DNA from: Chlorokybus atmophyticus
Lineage: Eukaryota; Plantae; Mesostigma and Chlorokybus algae
Assembly (NCBI GenBank): GCA_009103225.1
Contig: RHPI01001516.1
Span: 1 to 30,482 of the forward strand
Length of the DNA stretch: 30,482 bases
Reading direction: 5' to 3'
Shown: positions 1 through 11,721 of the stretch, in pieces
How positions within the stretch are numbered: the first letter of the stretch is position 1
Layout: each line of letters starts with the position of its first letter
Position numbers and translations under genes: made by a program
The notes under the pieces: generated by a model
Databases searched by the model: none
What the model saw: the letters and a program-made list of their open reading frames with translations, nothing else
Told to the model about the DNA's origin: nothing

Positions 1-379
1 GAGGAGCGACTCAACGCTTGTGTCATCCAAATAGAGTGATCTTCCCTAAGTGTCCTCCTTCCCGGATATGCACGGGGTTGTGCCAATCTGGTGACCCTGG
101 CTAGTCACACGCGTGCGCATGGTGTGCGCAACAGCGTTGTATACAAGGTTGCCTTGCACTGCACCGCTCCGTGGTGCGATGGCACACCAAGCCTCATAAT
201 CATAATGAAGATGCAGGCTAGGGTTCTTGTGAATAACTGTACATGTACAATTGTAAGACTTGTGCTTCTCTGTGCATCGGAGATGTTGCTCGCTGTGTGT
301 GGACGACCTGGTCATGCCTCAAATGTCAAAAATAAATGTTGACCAGGACAGCGAGCTCCCCTACCCTCTAATTGGCTTC

Positions 380-1685
380 TTACTCTTCAGAGTGGGCCAA
401 CTGCATATGGCAGCCCTCACACATCCAATTTCTTTTTGGAATCTTGTCCAATGGTGGCGACAGGCACCATTGGATGTGCCAGCTAGCCATGCAGGTATCA
501 CACGGCAGCATGATTGCTTCTCTGTCGGCGCGTGCGCATCCTTGGCTGGCGTCAGGAATAGCTGCCTTGGGGTCCACAGCCCTATCGATATTGGGTAGAT
601 GGCAAAGGGCATAGTTTTTCATCTGTTCTGCGCATGTTCTAGCATCACTGCCCTCGAGTAAAAGTACTCCTTTATTGCGCACCCTTTTGACTCTAAGAAT
701 CATATTGCTGGCACTAGTGTCCAGCGTGTCCTTGGTTTAACGGTGGAGATAAATATATTCCCTGCTCCAAATTTTGCATGCGGGGCTTGTAGAACCCGCT
801 GCGCACTCGAGCGTAGCGCTGAGTGTCTTTGTGTTGTGCAATGACTAGTTTGTCCATTGCAATCGGTACAACGCGTTTAAACAATGCTCTAGCAGTGAGC
901 TCTTTTGCAAAGCTTTGCTCATCTTGTAAATCTACAACCGCCTCTGCTGGCTTTCTGATAGCAGCTGGAAGCTGTGTGGATGGCGGCCATACAGCAAGAG
1001 GTTTGGGCTGTATGCTCCCAATGCAGCCTGTCGGCTGAACCTGTATCCCATCATAATCTATGGCAGCTGGAGATCCCAGTTGATGTCGTCGTGGCTGCGG
1101 CAGAAGTTGTGCAATCCCCCTTTCACAGTGTGCACCATCCTCTCGGTGAGTCCTATTCAGCTTGGGGATGGTTGCGATGCGTGTGATAATGATCAATTTA
1201 GCAAGTTATCACATGTGATCTCTGAAACTCTATGCCTTTACCTGATAGCACCTCTGCACATCCTCCAAATCTGCTCAACACTTAGTTGAGGAAGGCCTAT
1301 GTGATAGTGTTGCTGTCTTTGTTCACAAGTGGGGTTACCTCCACCCATTCGCTGAAATGTTCGATTATCACTAGGATGTAGCAATAACCTCTTTTGTTGA
1401 CGGGTAAATCTCCTGCCAGATTAACTTAACTCCAACAATACAACAACCCCTGAATGAGGAGTGGGTGAAGTTGTGGATGCTTCGTGTTGAAGCTAGCCTT
1501 CACCTTATCGCACTCCACAATCGTTGTACGATGGCGGCAATCATTGCTGCCACGCCTGCCCATCAATATGTCGTGGTCACTACGTTGCAATATGTTTTCC
1601 CTGCCAGCCGACTAAATATTGGCAACGGCCGTGCACCTGAGGACACTAATTTAGACTGTCGTGGCTCAGGCCACCTGTAATCTTG
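380..1685 (-). pseudogene. Decayed Ty3/Gypsy LTR-retrotransposon integrase (HHCC zone, rve core, C-terminal extension) ending in a PHD finger, copy 1
   Basis: Minus-strand translation across stops and frameshifts gives CDKVKASFNTKHPQLHPLLIQGLLYCWS..NLAGDLPVNKRGYCYILVIIEHFSEWVEVTPL..AFLN*VLSRFGGCAEVLSGKGIEF..HRNHPQA (rve core). It continues with AQHKDTQRYARVRSGFYKP and ILRVKRVRNKGVLLLEG..CHLPNID, then MLPCDTCMASWHIQWCLSPPLDKIPKRNWMCEGC (PHD, ~410-547). Confidence 0.88.
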
Positions 1686-1763
1686 ATACAGGGACCTAAT
1701 AGTAACTTCCGTTACTGTAAGGCCCTTTTAGTTACAATTTAGTCTTTAACAGTTAACTATGCC

Positions 1764-2050
1764 TAACTAACAGGCGCCTGTTAGTTACCTATCAGGCCTT
1801 AACAGGTGACTTTATATAATTAACAGGCACCTGTTAGTCACACACCAGGCCTTAACAAATGACTTTGTGTAATTTACAGGCAACTGTTAGTTACACATCA
1901 GGCCTTATTAGGTGACTACAACTAATCAACGGGCACCTGTAGGTTACACATCAGTCTTACTTAGGTGACTCGGCCTATGTGACAGGCACCTGCAGGTTAC
2001 ACACCAGTCCAGCGCAGGCGACTAAGCCTAATTCACAAGCACCAACTAGG
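1764..2050. repeat. 53-bp degenerate tandem array (~5.5 units) with a palindromic core, copy 1
   Basis: Units start at 1768, 1821, 1874, 1927, 1980 and 2033; consensus is ~TAACAGGCACCTGTTAGTTACACATCAGGCCTTA.CAGGTGACT. 1764-1787 (TAACTAACAGGCGCCTGTTAGTTA) is a perfect 24-bp palindrome. Confidence 0.92.
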
Positions 2051-3432
2051 TAATTATCGACAAAATAAGGCATTCTTTAACAACTGAAGGTGATTAATGC
2101 CTAACTGTCGTCATATGTATTTGCATAGCTTGACTACACGCGACTGTCACTGACTTCCAGCATTGTTATGTGCATGTGCCGTGTACATGTACCTGAAATG
2201 TGTACAGTATCTCTCAGTCACTTGCCAAGGCTTGTAGTTCGATTATGTGACTCGAATGCAGTTCTGTTGTATATCATAGGGATGCAAGTATTGATGTGCA
2301 TGAGCATAATGACGATTGACTGAGCTGGTTTAAGATGCACAACACTCAGTCACAAGAGCCTTGTAGCTATGTACACTACCAGCTAAACGGACTACCAACT
2401 GCGCTACAGCTCCTCTCCATCATCGCTNGCGCACAGATGCGGAAAACAACATTATATCGAGCACTAATTCTTGTTTCCTTTGGTCATAAACCATTAGCAA
2501 TAGACAACTATTATAATCGTTCACGCATACTTCCATTCCAGATCGCATCGTACACCAATTTTATGGACAATGATTCAAAGCATCCAACACAGTGGTAGCC
2601 ATCGTGCAGGCTAGTGTTCGATAACCACCCTCATGGTGAATTCGGTGTTGTGTTCCTCGGGAGTCAGGATGACGGCCTGTAATCTCAAGTGTTTGCAATG
2701 CCTTGGGCTGCATGCTCTCAACCTTGTGCATGTGGGCTAGCTTGTCTACCATAGCGGCGACGCGGCAATATGTGTGGCCCAGCAGAAGCAAGGCTACCCT
2801 CGTGAGCGCCGGCCTCCTCGCAGCAAATGCAGAGGAGATGGAAGTGACGGAGCCGTGTTGGGACGGCACAGCGGTGGCGATCCCCACCGCCCCCGCTCAC
2901 CCGTTTGTTGACTGGAGCGTGGCCTTGCTGGTACACGCCAGCATACTGGTCACCTCTCCGTCGTCGTGGCAGACCCTGTGCCCATGCGCGTGTATGAGCC
3001 AACGTGGAAGGATAGACGTGGCAGCTACTCTACCACACCGTACCTTGGGGTGGGAGGAGCGACTCAACGCTTGTGTCATCCAAATAGAGTGATCTTCCCT
3101 AAGTGTCCTCCTTCCCGGATATGCACGGGGTTGTGCCAGTCTGGTGACCCTGGCTAGTCACACGCGTGCGCATGGTGTGCGCAACAGCGTTGTATACAAG
3201 GTTGCCTTGCACTGCACCGCTCCGTGGTGCGATGGCACACCAAGCCTCATAATCATAATGAGGATGCAGGCTAGGGTTCTTGTGAATAACTGTACATGTA
3301 CAATTGTAAGACTTGTGCTTCTCTGTGCATCGGAGATGTTGCTCGCTGTGTGTGGACGACCTGGTCATGCCTCAAATGTGAAAAATAAATGTTGACCAGG
3401 ACAGCGAGCTCCCCTACCCTCTAATTGGCTTC

Positions 3433-4747
3433 TTACTCTTCAGAGTGGGCCAACTGCATATGGCAGCCCTCACACATCCAATTTCTTTTTGGAATCTTGT
3501 CCAATGGTGGCGACAGGCACCATTGGATGTGCCAGCTAGCCATGCAGGTATCACACGGCAGCATGATTGCTTCTCTGTCAGCGCGTGCGCATCCTTCGCA
3601 TCAATGGCTGGCGTCAGGAATAGCTGCCTTGGGGTCCACAACCCTATCGATATTGGGTAGATGGCAAAGGGCATAGTTTTTCATCTGTTCTGCGCATGTT
3701 TTGGCATCACTGCCCTCGAGTAAAAGTACGCCTTTATTGCGCACCCTTTTGACTCTAAGAATCATATTGCTGGCACTTGTGTCCAGCGTGTCCTTGGTTT
3801 AACGGTGGAGATAAATATATTCCCTGCTCCAAATTTTTGCATGCGGGGCTTGTAGAACCCGCTGCGCACTCGAGCGTAGCGCTGAGTGTCTTTGTGTTGT
3901 GCAATGACTAGTTTGTCCATTGCAATCGGTACAGCGCGTTTAAACAATGCTCTAGCAGTGAGCTCTTTTGCAAAGCTTTGCTCATCTTGTAAATCTACAA
4001 CCGCCTCTGCTGGCTTTCTGATAGCAGCTGGAAGCTGTGTGGATGGCGGCCATACAGCAAGAGGTTTGGGCTGTATGCTCCCAATGCAGCATGTCGGCTG
4101 AACCTGTATCCCATCATAATCTATGGCAGCTGGAGATCCCAGTTGATGTCGTCGTGGCTGCGGCAGAAGTTGTGCAATCCCCCTTTCACAGTGTGCACCA
4201 TCCTCTCGGTGAGTCCTATTCAGCTTGGGGATGGTTGCGATGCGTGTGATAATGATCAATTTAGCAAGTTATCACATGTGATCTCTGAAACTCTATGCCT
4301 TTACCTGTTAGCACCTCTGCACATCCTCCAAATCTGCTGAACACTTAGTTGAGGAAGGCCTATGTGATAGTGTTGCTGTCTTTGTTCACAAGTGGGGTTA
4401 CCTCCACCCATTCGCTGAAATGTTCGATTATCACTAGGATGTAGCAATAACCTCTTTTGTTGACGGGTAAATCTCCTGCCAGATTAACTTAACTCCAACA
4501 ATACAACAACCCCTGAATGAGGAGTGGGTGAAGTTGTGGATGCTTCGTGTTGAAGCTAGCCTTCACCTTATCGCACTCCACAATCGTTGTACGATGGCGG
4601 CAATCATTGCTGCCACGCCTGCCCATCAATATGTCGTGGTCACTACGTCGCAATATGTTTTCCCTGCCGGCTGACTAAATATTGGCAACGGCCGTGCACC
4701 TAAGGACACTAATTTAGACTGTCGTGGCTCAGGCCACCTGTAATCTT
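3433..4747 (-). pseudogene. Decayed Ty3/Gypsy integrase + PHD finger, copy 2
   Basis: Same motifs as copy 1. This copy has 9 extra nt that restore the first PHD Cys pair (H*CEGCAR) but include a stop. Confidence 0.88.
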
Positions 4748-4826
4748 GATACAGGGACCTAATAGTAACTTCCGTTACTGTAAGGCCCTTTTAGTTACAA
4801 TTTAGTCTTTAACAGTTAACTATGCC

Positions 4827-5113
4827 TAACTAACAGGCGCCTGTTAGTTACCTATCAGGCCTTAACAGGTGACTTTATATAATTAACAGGCACCTGTTAG
4901 TCACACACCAGGCCTTAACAAATGACTTTGTGTAATTTACAGGCAACTGTTAGTTACACATCAGGCCTTATTAGGTGACTACAACTAATCAACGGGCACC
5001 TGTAAGTTACACATCAGTCTTACTTAGGTGACTCAGCCTATGTGACAGGCACCTGCAGGTTACACACCAGTCCAGCGCAGGCGACTAAGCCTAATTCACA
5101 AGCACCAACTAGG
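4827..5113. repeat. 53-bp degenerate tandem array, copy 2 (candidate subterminal repeats)
   Basis: Same array as 1764-2050 at offset 3063. It begins ~75 bp after the point (~4752, CAGGGACCTAATAGTAAC) where Gypsy integrase similarity stops. Confidence 0.9.
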
Positions 5114-5466
5114 TAATTATCGACAAAATAAGGCATTCTTTAACAACTGAAGGTGACCAATGCCTAACTGTCGTCATATGTATTTGCATAGCTTGACTAC
5201 ACGCGACTGTCACTGACTTCCAGCATTGTTATGTGCCTGTGCTGTGTACATGTACCTGAAATGTGTACAGTGTCTCTCAGTCACTTGCCAAGGCTTGTAG
5301 TTCGATTATGTGACTCGAATGCAGTTCTGTTGTATATCATAGGGATGCAAGTATTGATGTGCATGAGCATAATGACGATTGACTGAGCTGGTTTAAGATG
5401 CACAACACTCAGTCACAAGAGCCTTGTAGCTATGTACACTACCAGCTAAACGGACTACCAACTGCG

Positions 5467-7294
5467 CTACAGCTCCTCTCCATCATCGCTGGTCTCGTCA
5501 TTACGGAACAAAGCACCACGCGCTGGGGCCTGTGGAGGAGACGCCGGAGCTTGCTCTTCCTCCTCAAACGGTTGTGCCAGCCAATCAAATGCCGCTTCTG
5601 CCTCAGCGAGCGGGTCACGAGCTGCTGTCTCTTGCGGCCGGCGCCGATTGGGATCTTTCAGGTATTCGACACAAGATGCAGTGCGGCGTTTCACAAGGGT
5701 GAATGGCTGGAGGGCTGCGTACCGTTGCCTCATCTCCCGCTTCATTGACATGATCATGGTGTTGATTTCGCTGAGGTACTCTTCATGTGTGTCTATGCTG
5801 GCAGCTAGGAGAGGGTCTCCATCCTTGCCCTTTAGGATGCGCTCCACCTGCGTAGTTTACAGGCATGTCTTAGTGGCATCGAAAGCCACTATTCACTGCA
5901 ACGCGTCTGCAAGCCTGTAGTTTGGGGCTACAGCGTTCCTGAATTGCTAATGATGGAGTTCAGAGTGCTCACCGTAAGCAACAGGTATGCGAGGTGGTTG
6001 ACTGTCAGCTGCCGGCGACCAGGTGTAGTGACGGCGTAAGACCAGCATTGCACGATCATTTGCCAGATTATGGGATTGCCCCATTCATGGATGTATCTCC
6101 TCCGCTCCGGGTCTGCAGTGTCGGTCACCTCAAATCTCCGCCATGACTTGTCTGCGACAGTCATACCGACAAGGCATTAGTCACGAAATAGATAGTTCAA
6201 GTTGAGCCTGCACCAGGCTAGAATAGTGCCTGTGACTTACTTTGGAGCGCGTTGCGCATCTGGGCTTTTTGGGTCTCGGGGTCCATTAGGGCGTCGATGT
6301 GCCTGATTGAATCGGTTACAATAGGCGAGATGAGTACGTGTGTATGGAGGCTGAGTAAGAAGGCAGTGTTGCATAGCAGACATGGTGGTGAGGGACCCAA
6401 CTCACTTGCGCTTGTTGCTGTTAAACAGTGTCCACTTGTACTCCTTCTCAAGGACATGCTTGATCTTGGTGACGTTCTCAGACCGGACCTGCGTAGCTTT
6501 CTTCAGGGCGACACTCCAGTGGAAGGGGCACTCCTTGGGAGTCCAGTACACCTCATAGAACTTGGCCGCATCGGCCTCGTCGTCATGGTCGAAGCCAACT
6601 ACCTGTCACGGGCAGGTTGGTCAGTGTCACGGTGCAGTGCGGTCATGAAGCATTCACAGCACCTGACACATGACGTTACGAATAGTGTCCTCCTTGGGAT
6701 AAACGTGGCTCTCTACCCAGTGGCCGTTTATGATTTCAACGACGGCATCTCGCAAATGCTGTCCACAGAAGAACAATCCGTTACACACATACACACAGTG
6801 TCACAGTGTCACACAGTGCTTACCTCGTTGCCAATCTTCCACTTGCTTGGGGAAGGGTTGCTGACGGCCGAGGTTGCCACGTCACGGCCAAATGCGTTTG
6901 GGTTGGGGGTTCCAATCGACCCTCTGCAAGCACAACCACATGAGTCATGCTGCCAGCCATGAAAGATGCAACCCTCACAGTTGCAAAAGAAGAACAACGT
7001 GCACAGTGTATCCAGAACGCATGCAGTGAGTCACTGTGCTAGTCATGATAGAAGCAAGCATCCAAGTTAGAAGTTGAGCAAGAAGCAACGTGCACAGTGC
7101 ATCAAGAACGCATGCAGTCTAGCTTGCCCTTGCGACTGCGGTGTCAGGTGGAGTTGTTGTGATGTGCTGGGCGTTAGCGCGGGGTCTTGCTGCGATTGGT
7201 TGGCGACGGTTGCCTGGTTGAACACTGGGGGCAATGTGGACAACTGGCGCCGACCTCCACGACGAGGTGCACTTACGGATGGACCACGAGGCAT
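5467..7294 (-). CDS. Intact 7-exon orphan gene, 393 aa (weak resemblance to fungal TE-associated DUF6532-like proteins)
   Basis: Exons are 7294-7128, 6923-6824, 6758-6663, 6602-6406, 6302-6241, 6151-5973 and 5847-5467. There is one GC-AG intron (AG|GCAAG) and five GT-AG introns of 60-204 nt. All phases join into one stop-free ORF of 1182 nt (MPRGPS...HLRDAVVEIINGHW...WGNPIIWQMIVQCW...LAYLLLT|VERILKG...GEEL*). Confidence 0.8.
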
Positions 7295-7477
7295 CTCTCC
7301 AACTGATAGTCGGGTGCCGCCTGTTTAGCTGTAAGTGGCGCTGCCGCCTCCAACGCTGCCGCCGCCGGTTGGCCCGCCCGAATGTATGAGGCGCGAAAAC
7401 GAAAATGAGGCGGTTTTGAACGTCTAGAGTCCCGCACTAGAGTCGCACTTGTAGTGCGTCCTTGCTCCTATGGTTGA

Positions 7478-7632
7478 TGGTACGACTTATGCATTCGTGC
7501 CATGCATGCTTCGTACAACCATTGTTACCAATGGTTGTGTCGTAACATTTATGGTACGACAGAGGCATCTCTCGTCCAACCCCAGCGATTGCCGTACAAT
7601 GGCTCTGTCGTACCATCCATGGTACGACAGAG
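7478..7632. promoter_or_regulatory. GTAC-rich hairpin cluster in the divergent intergenic region
   Basis: Six GTAC cores in ~150 bp. Hairpins are 7515-7538 (10-bp stem) and 7603-7632 (14-bp stem, CTCTGTCGTACCAT-CC-ATGGTACGACAGAG). A regulatory role is inferred from position only. Confidence 0.4.
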
Positions 7633-7699
7633 GCATTGCTCGATCAGCCCAAATGGGAGTTAGCATGCACTCACCCAAACACGCTTCATTGATGGCCGG

Positions 7700-10601
7700 A
7701 TGATGGCACGCAGGGGCACCAGGTCGATGACGGGTCGAATGTCAGGCTTGATGGGCCGGGGTTCGACTAAGAGGCGGAGGACTAGGAGTTGGCGGCGGCG
7801 GCGGCGGCGTGGCACATTTTGCGAGAAGTTGTGGTCGTAAGAGTTCAAGCAGCGAAGCCAGCTACTACCGGTCGCCACGTCATGGATCATGGCAGGCGTC
7901 AGCAATGGGGCTGTCCAACATGCATCACCAACATTGGACAAACCAGCAGGCAAGCCATTAAAGACCATCTTCACACAGAGAGCTGCTTGGTGGCTCGCTT
8001 TCTGCAACAGGGAGTGGATCAGGAGCTGCAGTCCTTGGAGCCCCTTGTCAGAACCATGCGGGACCAGTTGCGGCTGTGGGAACAAGCACAAAGGAATGAA
8101 GAGGTACGCTCAACAGTCACATGCATTACCTGGTAAGAGCAATTTGTTTTTTAGCGCAGTCCATGTGATATATGTAGCGTGGCTGCATGCCTCCACTGTT
8201 CACCCATACCCACCCTACAGTCAAGCCGACATTGCGGAAGCAAGAGCAGATAGACAGAGCTGGGCGGCGGTATGTTGTTGCCAATCTCGCTGTGCATGTT
8301 GACTGCAATGTCGGCTCCAATGCATGCCTACCTTTCCATGCTAGGATGTGCGTGAGCGTGCGAAGTCGCGCGCGCGTGCCGAACGAAGTAGGCTGGGTTT
8401 GAGCACAGGAGCGCGTGGCCATTCGTCCGGCATTTAACCAATAGTGCATCAACCAGCAATGACGCAGTCCATGCAATCATTCGTGCATCAACCAGCAATG
8501 CCGCAGGTGATTGTTCGAAGCAACCAACTGATGACGGTGTGACGCAGTTGACTATTGCAATTGCAGTGTCGCAAGCATGCAGCTAACCCACATGTGATTG
8601 GTTGACAGCACCACAGTGCACTAAGTCCTGTTGGAGCTCCTATGCAAGCCTGGATTCAATCCCATCAACTGGTCCTTCAATCCCACTTGCTGATGGGCGC
8701 GGCGGCAATGCGGCATCAGTTTAACATGCATGTTGGCCTGTTGAATCCCGACATGTCCATTGGGGCAGTGGCGCATGATGTGCCCATGGCTCACGAGCTC
8801 CGTGACGAGTCTGCCATCGAGGGTGGCGGGGAGAGTGCAGCTAATACCTTGTCAGCCCCCATGGCTTCCCCGGCTCCATGCAGCCCACGGGCCGTTGTGG
8901 TAAGTCGCTGTCTTTTATGCTCGTGCCTTGGTAATAATGCGTCAGGCACTGCATAAGCTTAAATTCGTCCTTTGCAACATTGTGAGCCATCTTATTCTGG
9001 GTCCTGTATACAGCCCCCCTTGCTGCATGCACAAGTGGTCTCACCTGCAGCTCCTGCTCCCCTCCCAGCCAGAGCGCAACCACCTTCCGCGGCACCAGTC
9101 CTTCGTGCACTGCCATCTCCTCCACGAGCAGCACCGGTGATTGCGGGGCAACAATCCTTCTTGCCGCCACCGGCGAGACCACAGCACAATGCAACAACCG
9201 ATGTGGCTTATGCACCTACCTTACCCCACCCGCTGCAAGTTGAAGCCGGCAGTCTGCCCCAAACTTAGGTACTTTATCCGTCACTGTGACTCTTGCCGTC
9301 CACAGTTGGACACACCATGTGAGTGCTGTATGCGCATGCAGCAGGGGTCACCACCTGCCAGCGAGTCATCAGAGGAGCTGGCCGCAACCCGCATACGGCC
9401 ATCAGTCATGCTAGGTCGCCAGCTTGCCTCATGGGACCACTTCAATGCGCCAACGGATGGTAATTGCTTCTACCATTGTGTATTTCGCGCCAGGCCATCC
9501 ATAGCGCAAAGTGTCCTGGATGATCACAAGTGCCCCAGCTCGAGCAGATTTTGGGCCATGCTGGACACCATGGACGACGACGGCAGGGGGCACACTCTCC
9601 GCAAAATCACCGCCAAGGCTGTCGATGCAGGCTAGCAAAATCCTAGACTTCTGCAGAGCCATTGGTGCCGCGGGAGAGATGGCGCAGTATTACGACAAAC
9701 TGCCTGCGACCATGTTGGCTGATATCAACTGCAACATTGACCTAGCCATGGCCAAGGTGCGACAGATCGTGCGGAGAAAAGATGTGTACGTCGAGCACCT
9801 GCAGATGACCATGTTTGCCAACAAGCTGGGCTTGTTGATTGGCTGCGTGACCGTTCAGCGCGAGCATGGGGAGTGGGTGCCACGGTCCGGCAGCGCAGTT
9901 TGGGTTGAAAATAAAGAAGCCCCCAACTCAGTGCTGGTGGTGGGCAACACTGCTCCTGATGAGCCAGAAGCACACTTTTGGCTGCTCAAGCCTGCAAGCA
10001 CCGAACAGTGGTCGTGGCCTATGCATGAAGTGCCACCGGAGGTAACACACCTGATCGGAGAGTGGCGGAATGGCGTTGCCAATTCCCCGCTACCACCGGC
10101 TGTGACCCAGAGTGCTGCGCCAACGCCTCAGGCCTCGCCTTCGTGTGCTAGGCAAGAAGTAGCCGAGTATTCTGCACATCCTCCCCTCAACCACAGCCAC
10201 ATGCTCGCAATCCCAATTCAGCACCCTCCCTTCCTGCCGCGGAGACTCACTTGCCACCACACTCTGACCATCCGGAGGCATCTCCATCAAGAAGCAGCTG
10301 TAGCTCGCCCTCTCCCTCTAAGCTTGCCACATTGATCCCAGCCTGTCTTGTTGGTAAAGAGATTGATCGAGGTGTCCTGAAAGCTGCGCTGAAAGACAAA
10401 GGCTTCATGCTCGACCTCATGAAGCAACATGAGGTCGTGGAGGAACGGGAGGCAACCAACAAGCGCAAGGCTGTGGAGCAAGAAGATAACGCCTTACCTC
10501 CTCTGAGTGACAGTGCCACGGAGAGCGCCTGCCAGGATGTGCAGGGTGACAAAAAAAAAAAGAAGAAGGTTGTTGGAACAAAGAACGCTGACATGACCTA
10601 A
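7700..10601 (+). pseudogene. Disrupted gene: N-terminal C2HC-like Zn finger, Pro-rich linker, OTU-like cysteine protease (deubiquitinase), basic NLS-like tail
   Basis: CPTCITNIGQTSRQAIKDHLHTESC (~7910-7985) precedes a GAG|GTACG donor at ~8103. The OTU Cys motif APTDGNCFYHCV is at 9447-9482 and the His motif EAHFWLL at ~9967-9987, with YVEHLQMTMFANKLGLLIGCV between them. A +1 frameshift lies near 9630 and another shift near 10170; in-frame TAA/TAG lie near 7770-7785. The tail reads DKKKKKK. The middle exon structure is unresolved. Confidence 0.65.
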
Positions 10602-10710
10602 AAAGGAAAGGCGAGGCATCGTTACAACATTAGAAGAAGCACAGCGCCTTGAAGCCTCACTGGGGCTGACTGTGTGTCCTGAGTAGGCACAGGCGGGTTT
10701 ACAGCGTCAA

Positions 10711-11721
10711 ATGGCTGCTCAGCATCGTCCAGAGAGACAGCCGGTGCGGCACGAGCTGCCTAAGCTCAAAGCACCGACGCGCAGACGCTTTGGGGGGCTG
10801 ACTCGTAGTGCAAAGGAGTTGATCACCCTACAGTACGCCCAAGACGCGCTGCATCACCGCATGCGGCATGCCTCGAGGTGGGTGATGAAAGTTTGCAATA
10901 AGTGGGAGCAAACGCGGGGAATGCGGTCTAAGCAGACCTCTGGGGATTGGCCGTGGTTGGAACCCATACACGATATGGCCATCCGTAGTACGTTGTTGCC
11001 CCTCGCCGTCCTCGATATGATGGTGTTGTTGCTGCCGCAGCACCCCGGCAATGTGCAAGAGCTATCTGCGGAGCAGAACTTCGACCTGCTGCAGCAGATG
11101 TACCTGTCGATGTCGACTAATGCGGGTCGAGATGTGTGCCACTACCTGAGCAAACATACTGGGTGGCAAGTAAAACCATTCGAGCTGTACTTGGCATGCT
11201 TTGGCTGGCAGTGGCTGTATGTCATACGGCACGTCGAGCTGATTCTGTGGAAGCTCGAAGAAAATGACGATGCGGGGGAGTACACGAGTGACGACAGCCA
11301 TGTCGAGGGCCTGGATGAACGCATGCTGGACGAGACCACCAAGACCAGCAGGTGGTGTATGGCGGCAGATGGGCGTCAGGTGATCGAGCAGGCAGTGGAG
11401 CGTTATGCTGCGCCATTCAGATGGGAGTCGCTACGCCTGCGACGCGATAACAGAGTTTGGTGGCAGAGGCAGCTTGCACACCCGCGTGCACCATGTGTGC
11501 TGATTTGTCGCATTGAAGAGCCACCCCCCCCAGCGGATGGGGAGACGCCCTGTTGCAAGAAAGCGATGTGCCATGTCTGCATCATAGCACATCAGAAGAC
11601 TGTGGCAAATAAATCAAAGAATCTACAAGCGTGTCCATTCTGCAAGCAACCTCACCCGTTTTGGTCGCCACGCCTGATGCAAGACGCCAACGTGTCGGCG
11701 GTGATTTGGCCCCCGCCTTGA
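10711..11721 (+). CDS. 336-aa single-exon protein with C-terminal RING-like zinc finger (putative E3 ligase)
   Basis: Open ATG-to-TGA ORF. The C-terminus CVLIC-x12-PCCKKAMCHVCI-x17-CPFC resembles a RING cross-brace pattern with Cys in place of the usual His. The N-terminal ~260 aa are not recognised. Confidence 0.65.
   Translation: MAAQHRPERQPVRHELPKLKAPTRRRFGGLTRSAKELITLQYAQDALHHRMRHASRWVMKVCNKWEQTRGMRSKQTSGDWPWLEPIHDMAIRSTLLPLAVLDMMVLLLPQHPGNVQELSAEQNFDLLQQMYLSMSTNAGRDVCHYLSKHTGWQVKPFELYLACFGWQWLYVIRHVELILWKLEENDDAGEYTSDDSHVEGLDERMLDETTKTSRWCMAADGRQVIEQAVERYAAPFRWESLRLRRDNRVWWQRQLAHPRAPCVLICRIEEPPPPADGETPCCKKAMCHVCIIAHQKTVANKSKNLQACPFCKQPHPFWSPRLMQDANVSAVIWPPP

Larger units (their letters stand above)
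1..2427. repeat. Near-identical duplicate of 3054-5490 (probably an uncollapsed allele/copy joined at a single N)
   Basis: 1-2427 aligns colinearly with 3054-5490 (offset 3053, growing to 3063) with scattered SNPs and small indels. Identity stops exactly at the N at 2428 (catcgct|N vs catcgct|ggtc). Confidence 0.95.

Noticed and set aside
1764-2050. 53-bp array as a CRISPR-like locus
   Set aside because: The whole unit is homologous with no unique spacers, the context is eukaryotic, and there are no cas genes.
6252-6962. 236-aa plus-strand ORF
   Set aside because: It is the antisense shadow of the spliced minus-strand gene and has no recognisable motifs.
7390-7399. E2F-like site GGCGCGAAAA in the divergent promoter
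   Set aside because: A single short degenerate motif is expected by chance in a window this size.
8444-8505. Short direct repeat GTGCATCAACCAGCAATG x2 (39-bp spacing), and a ~45-bp duplication at 6990-7120
   Set aside because: Ordinary local duplications in probable intronic DNA, with no further structure.
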